Virus record (IMG/VR): IMGVR_UViG_3300016667_000137
Coordinates: 1-30,270 of that record
Strand: one strand, 5' to 3'
From: a virus
Taxonomy: Duplodnaviria; Caudoviricetes
Length of the DNA: 30,270 nt
The position numbers and the translations under genes are program-made. Below the pieces are notes generated by a model. The model saw nothing but the letters and a program-made list of their open reading frames with translations. It did not search any database and had not been told where the DNA came from. Below, in pieces: positions 25,885 through 30,270 of the stretch (the first letter of the stretch is position 1; each line of letters starts with the position of its first letter).

Positions 25885-27835
25885 AAATGTAGTAATAGAC
25901 TTAGAGATTAAGGATAACGTTAAATCCTTAAAAGCACAATTAAGAGAAGCACAAAATGAAGTAAACGCTTTATCAGAAAAGTTTGGTGCTACATCAAGAG
26001 AGGCTGTACAAGCTGCCAAGAAAGCTGCTGAATTAAAGGATGCTATTGCAGATGCTAAAGCCTTAACAGATGCATTCAACCCAGATGCTAAGTTCAACGC
26101 ATTATCTTCATCTATTGGTGGGGTATTAAATGGATTCCAAGCATTCGAGGGTGTAATGGGGTTGGTTGGTGTAGAAGGCGAAGCACTACAAGAAACAATG
26201 CTGAAGGTACAGAGTGCAATGGCTTTATCTCAAGGGCTACAAGGTGCATTAGAAGCAAGAGATTCTTTTAAGCAACTTGGTGCGGTAGTTAAGAATGCCT
26301 TTAGTGACATGACCACAGCCAGCAAAGCGTTTATGGCTACAGGTCTTGGTTTGATTATAACAGGGTTAACGCTTATTATTTCATACTGGGACGACATCAA
26401 ATCTGCAATGTCAGGCGTAAGTGGTGAACAACAAAAGCTAAATGTACAAAGTGAGGCAAACGTAAAGCTACAAAACCAAAAAAAGGATGCATTAAATGGT
26501 CAAGAAAATATATTAAAACAACAAGGCTTATCCGAAAAGCAAATTCTACAGCTAAAGATAAAGCAAACAGAACAACAAATTAAAGCGTTAGAGATTTCTA
26601 TCAATAACCAAGAGATTACTTTAAAATCCCAGATAGAGGCAGAAAAACGGAATAAAGAAATACTCAAGGGTATTATTCAGTTTGTTACTGCACCACTACA
26701 ATTAATTTTAAAAACTGTTGATGGTATTGGTTCTTTCTTAGGCAAGGATTGGAACTTAGCCGATAAACTTACAAATTGGACTGCATCACTTGTATTTGAT
26801 CCAAAGCAGGTAGAAACAGAAGGATTAAAAGCTATAGCTGAGCAGAAAAGAACATTGATGGCTTTAAAGAATGAACTTGCAGGTTATCAATTAGCGGTAA
26901 AGGATATAGATAAACAAGCAGCAGAAGAAAAAAAGAAACTTGCTCAAGAAGCTGCTGATAAGGCTAAATCAGAAAGAGAAAAACGCCAACAAGAAGAGGA
27001 AAAGAATTTAACCGAAGAACAAAGAAAGTTAAAAGAGGCTCAAGATTTACGTGATAGAGCGAATGAAGAAAGGATAAAAAAACAAGATGAATACGATCAA
27101 CTTCAACGTGAACTAATTAAAGATGCTCAAGAAAAAGAGATTGCTGATTTAGTAGCAGCATATGACGAAAAGTTTGCGGCTGCCTCGGAAAACGCAGAAC
27201 TTGAAAAGCAACTGGAAGAAGGTTTAAAATATGACATCGCAGCCATACAAGACAAGTATAGAAAAGAGAAAGAAGCTAAAGATAAGGAAGCAGCAGATAA
27301 AGAACTTGAAAGAAAAGAGATGCTTCAAGAGGCTACTTTTCAAATGGCTAAAGATGGATTTAATTTATTAAGTGGTTTAACAGAGTTGTTTGCATCTGAA
27401 GATGAAGCAAAAGCAAAGAGAGCATTTAACGTGCAAAAAGCTATAAGCATTGCAAGTGCAACAGTTGAAGGTATTGAGGGTACAATTGCAGCATATAAGA
27501 CAGCACAGAAGTCACCTATTACATTGGCTTTTCCTGCGTATCCAATAGTTCAAGCGGGATTAGCTGCGGGATTTGCAGCAACTAATATTGCTAAAATTGC
27601 TAAAACACAATTTAACGCACCTGCACCATTAAGTCCTGATGGAGGAGGAGGAGGTAATAACCCACCTGCACCTGCAGCAGCACCAACACCTGCCAACTTT
27701 AATATAGTAGGTAATGCAGGCGCTAATCCTTTAGCAGGGTTAAACGAACCAATCAAGGCATATGTAGTTGGTGCAGAGGTTACTACACAACAAGCCTTAG
27801 ACAATCAAAAAGTAACTTATGCAACATTTGGCTAA
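25877..27835 (+). CDS. Tail tape measure protein
   Basis: 652 aa, A/E/K/Q-rich coiled coil with hydrophobic stretches. Confidence 0.78.
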   Translation: MAENVVIDLEIKDNVKSLKAQLREAQNEVNALSEKFGATSREAVQAAKKAAELKDAIADAKALTDAFNPDAKFNALSSSIGGVLNGFQAFEGVMGLVGVEGEALQETMLKVQSAMALSQGLQGALEARDSFKQLGAVVKNAFSDMTTASKAFMATGLGLIITGLTLIISYWDDIKSAMSGVSGEQQKLNVQSEANVKLQNQKKDALNGQENILKQQGLSEKQILQLKIKQTEQQIKALEISINNQEITLKSQIEAEKRNKEILKGIIQFVTAPLQLILKTVDGIGSFLGKDWNLADKLTNWTASLVFDPKQVETEGLKAIAEQKRTLMALKNELAGYQLAVKDIDKQAAEEKKKLAQEAADKAKSEREKRQQEEEKNLTEEQRKLKEAQDLRDRANEERIKKQDEYDQLQRELIKDAQEKEIADLVAAYDEKFAAASENAELEKQLEEGLKYDIAAIQDKYRKEKEAKDKEAADKELERKEMLQEATFQMAKDGFNLLSGLTELFASEDEAKAKRAFNVQKAISIASATVEGIEGTIAAYKTAQKSPITLAFPAYPIVQAGLAAGFAATNIAKIAKTQFNAPAPLSPDGGGGGNNPPAPAAAPTPANFNIVGNAGANPLAGLNEPIKAYVVGAEVTTQQALDNQKVTYATFG

Positions 27836-27845
27836 CATTTAAGTT
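27820..27845 (+). promoter_or_regulatory. Putative ECF-type late promoter
   Basis: TGCAACA-N14-AAGTT, 8 nt before ATG 27854. Confidence 0.68.
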
Positions 27846-27853
27846 TAGAAAGT

Positions 27854-28750
27854 ATGGATAAGATCATCGAACTTGTTATTAATGAAGAAGACTCTCTAAG
27901 CGGAATAGATGCGGTTAGCGTAGTTCAAAACCCTGCGATCCAAGAAAACTTCATTGCGTTGAAAAGACACGAGGTAACACTCAAAGAAATAGACGAAGAA
28001 AAGCGTTTGTTAATGGGTGCAGCTTTAATCCCTAATAAGCATATATACAGACGTAACGAAAAGGATGAGGAGTATTACATTTACTTTTCCGAAAAGACGG
28101 TACGCAAAGCCTCAGAGTTATTCTTGATGAGGTCTAACCAAAACAATGCTACATACGAACACAAGGACAAGTTGAACGGAATGAGTGTTGTTGAGTCATG
28201 GATTATCGAAGATGAGAAACACGACAAGTCTAAAAAGTATGGTTTCGATTTACCGGTAGGAACTTGGATGATTTCCATGAAGGTAAATAACGATGAGGTT
28301 TGGAATGATGTTAAAGAGGGCAAGGTGAAAGGATTTTCAATTGAGGGCTATTTTGCTGACAAGTTAGAGATGAGTTTCCAAGATGAAAACGAAGTTCTAC
28401 TTGAGGCAATTAGAAAGATCATTGTAGATGCTGAAAGACAAGAGTTAAGGTCATATACAGACTATCCAAAGAAAGCTGTTGAGAACGCTAAAATAGCGCT
28501 TAGATGGGCAGAAGAAAATGGATGGGGTTCTTGCGGCACAGCCGTTGGCAAAATTCGTGCAAGCCAGTTAGCAAATAATGAACCCATCTCAGAGGAAACG
28601 ATTGCACGCATGGCAGCATTTGAACGTCATAGACAAAACTCCCAAAAGGAATTAGGTGACGGATGCGGTCGTTTAATGTGGTTAGCATGGGGTGGTGATG
28701 AAGGTGTTGAATGGGCGCAACGTAAACTTGAAAGTTTAAGAAATGGATAA
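27854..28750 (+). CDS. XkdF-like prohead serine protease with C-terminal extra domain
   Basis: KRLLMGAALIP...TYEH...VESW...PVGTW...VKGFSIEG. Confidence 0.8.
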   Translation: MDKIIELVINEEDSLSGIDAVSVVQNPAIQENFIALKRHEVTLKEIDEEKRLLMGAALIPNKHIYRRNEKDEEYYIYFSEKTVRKASELFLMRSNQNNATYEHKDKLNGMSVVESWIIEDEKHDKSKKYGFDLPVGTWMISMKVNNDEVWNDVKEGKVKGFSIEGYFADKLEMSFQDENEVLLEAIRKIIVDAERQELRSYTDYPKKAVENAKIALRWAEENGWGSCGTAVGKIRASQLANNEPISEETIARMAAFERHRQNSQKELGDGCGRLMWLAWGGDEGVEWAQRKLESLRNG

Positions 28751-28931
28751 GATACCATACTACATAAGACATACAGAAACTACTTCGATTAGCAATACAG
28801 ACTTTTTGTATTACGACAATAACACGGATACAGCACAAAGCATCACGTATGCAGACCTATTGACGCAGTTAGAAACAGATATAACAGTACCAACAGATTA
28901 TAAAATAACTTTTTTATTTCAAGGATGTTAG
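28743..28931 (+). CDS. Hypothetical protein (fibre module)
   Basis: 62 aa, overlap-coupled. Confidence 0.5.
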   Translation: MDKIPYYIRHTETTSISNTDFLYYDNNTDTAQSITYADLLTQLETDITVPTDYKITFLFQGC

Positions 28932-29230
28932 GCAACGCAAGATTAAAACCAAGTGCTACAACATTAAGCACATTATATACAGCGACAGCGGACTGCGTTA
29001 TTAGCTCTATTTCTATTTGTAACCTTGGTGCAACTGCGACTACATTTAGAGTAGCTGTTAGACCATTAGGTGCAGCAATTGACGATTCGCACTATTTGTA
29101 TTACGACCTTCCAATTGATGCAAATGACACATTTATTTTAACAGGTGGTGTGGTCCTCAAAAACACGGACATCGTTTCTGTTTACTCAGGCAATGCTAAC
29201 CTATCTTATAATTTATTTTATACTACGTAA
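28925..29230 (+). CDS. Small beta-rich virion/fibre-associated protein
   Basis: PSATTLSTLYT...ISICN...TFRVAV...YLYYD...AND. Confidence 0.55.
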   Translation: MLGNARLKPSATTLSTLYTATADCVISSISICNLGATATTFRVAVRPLGAAIDDSHYLYYDLPIDANDTFILTGGVVLKNTDIVSVYSGNANLSYNLFYTT

Positions 29231-30270
29231 ATGGCACAGAATAGCGCAAAAGGAAGTTCTTATATAACGCCAAGTTTAGATGGCTTAACAGATGTAACCA
29301 TTGCAGGTGCAACCACTAACCAAGTGCTAACGTACAACGGTACTACATGGGTCAACTCTTCCACTCAAGGAGACATGTTAAAATCTGTTTACGACACGGA
29401 CAACGATGGTGTAGTAGATAGTGCAGAAAAACAAGTATTAGATGTTAGGAATAGTACAGGTTCATCTATACCAAAAGGTTCGGTTGTTTATATAAGCGGT
29501 GCAACAGGGCAAATGCCAAACATCACTTTGGCTGATGCAGACACGGAAGTTACCTCATCAAAAACTATCGGGTTAACATTAGATGCAATTGCCAATAATA
29601 CAAATGGTACAATTATAACAAGCGGTATTTTTCACAACATAGACACAAGTGCATTTACAGATGGCGCAAGTTTATGGTTAAGTTCAACAGCAGGCGGAAT
29701 GGTAGCGAGCGCACCACCTGCTGAACCTGCTCACTCTGTTTTTATCGGATGGGTTGCTTATGCTCATCCAACAAACGGAAAAATAGTAGTTGCTATTCAA
29801 AATGGATATGAATTAAATGAGTTACATCAGGTAAGTGTATCAAGTGAAGCTAACCAAGATGTACTTAGATATGAATCGTCTACAGGTCTTTGGAAAAACC
29901 AACAGATTGAAACAGCAAGTGGCTCACAAAAAGGACTATTAAGTTCAACAGATTGGACTACGTTCAATTCAAAGCAGAATGCCATTACACTTACCACAAT
30001 AGGTAACTCAGGTAACGCAACTTTCGTAGGTTCGACTTTAAATATACCTAACTACACAAACTCATTAATTCCAGACCTTAAAGGTCATGAAACATTTAGA
30101 GGTGTAACATTTGCAAACAACTCAACCACGGACACGACATGGGGAGGTGTAACATTAGGTACAACAGCATCTACAATAGCACGTTCAGTAGCATCAACAA
30201 ACTTTGCTTCTAAACAAATTCGTAAAGGTTTCTATGCTTCTGTAGTAAGTACAGGAAGATACACAGGTGT
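29231..30270 (+). CDS. Tail fibre/receptor-binding protein, N-terminal part (519 aa when circularised to 709); not in ORF track
   Basis: ATG directly after previous stop; LDGLTDVTI...NQVLTYNGTTWVN, DMLKSVYDTDNDGVVD, GYELNELH; open to window end and in frame with 2-709. Confidence 0.78.
   Translation, partial: MAQNSAKGSSYITPSLDGLTDVTIAGATTNQVLTYNGTTWVNSSTQGDMLKSVYDTDNDGVVDSAEKQVLDVRNSTGSSIPKGSVVYISGATGQMPNITLADADTEVTSSKTIGLTLDAIANNTNGTIITSGIFHNIDTSAFTDGASLWLSSTAGGMVASAPPAEPAHSVFIGWVAYAHPTNGKIVVAIQNGYELNELHQVSVSSEANQDVLRYESSTGLWKNQQIETASGSQKGLLSSTDWTTFNSKQNAITLTTIGNSGNATFVGSTLNIPNYTNSLIPDLKGHETFRGVTFANNSTTDTTWGGVTLGTTASTIARSVASTNFASKQIRKGFYASVVSTGRYTG
30082..30270 (+). repeat. Terminal direct repeat / circular overlap, right copy
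   Basis: Matches 1-189 with 9 substitutions. Confidence 0.95.

Larger units (their letters stand above)
1..30270 (+). mobile_element. Near-complete circularly permuted tailed phage genome (siphovirus-like, probable Bacteroidota host)
   Basis: Terminase, portal, capsid, tail, tape measure, lysis and replication genes all on +; 189-bp end overlap; no host genes seen. Confidence 0.93.

Noticed and set aside
27640-27695. GGA and CCTGCA/GCACCA short repeats
   Set aside because: Explained by the Gly/Pro/Ala linker of the tape measure C-terminus
289-28838. Minus-strand ORFs in the track (e.g. 1798-2379, 6931-7323, 25186-25575)
   Set aside because: All are antisense shadows of well-supported + strand genes with no recognisable motifs
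1-30270. Stop-codon reassignment (alternative genetic code)
   Set aside because: Standard code gives full-length genes and dense packing; TAA, TAG and TGA all act as stops at gene junctions
1-30270. Integrase/repressor lysogeny module, tRNAs, CRISPR array
   Set aside because: No divergent operon, recombinase motif, cloverleaf or regularly spaced repeats seen by eye; dedicated scans were not run

Overview
The window looks like an essentially complete, circularly permuted ~30.1-kb tailed dsDNA phage genome (siphovirus-like), AT-rich, with all credible genes on the + strand. Its ends overlap by 189 bp, but the two copies are not identical. The host is probably Bacteroidota (Flavobacteriia-like), inferred from TTG-N19-TAnnTTTG promoters and A-rich leaders without Shine-Dalgarno sequences. 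Modules: head/neck (scaffold, capsid, tail tube, portal, adaptor), two separate tail-fibre loci, lysis (permuted papain amidase, CHAP endolysin and a distant T4-T-like GAF holin candidate), an early recombination operon (ERF, GIY-YIG, YqaJ-like exonuclease), replication (initiator, DnaB-like helicase, NinG), an ECF-like sigma factor, terminase, tail genes, tape measure and an XkdF-like prohead protease. No integrase, repressor, DNA polymerase, tRNA or CRISPR array was recognised. The most striking signal is a candidate RNA-level regulatory layer: (1) a ~70-nt promoter/terminator-bounded sRNA complementary to the start regions of two early genes; (2) a two-hairpin kissing-loop leader with a loop-E motif and terminator in front of the replication operon; (3) four copies of an ECF-type late promoter; (4) a -1 frameshift with a dual-coded segment in a tail-chaperone-like gene. 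All product calls come from motif recognition by eye, not database searches.
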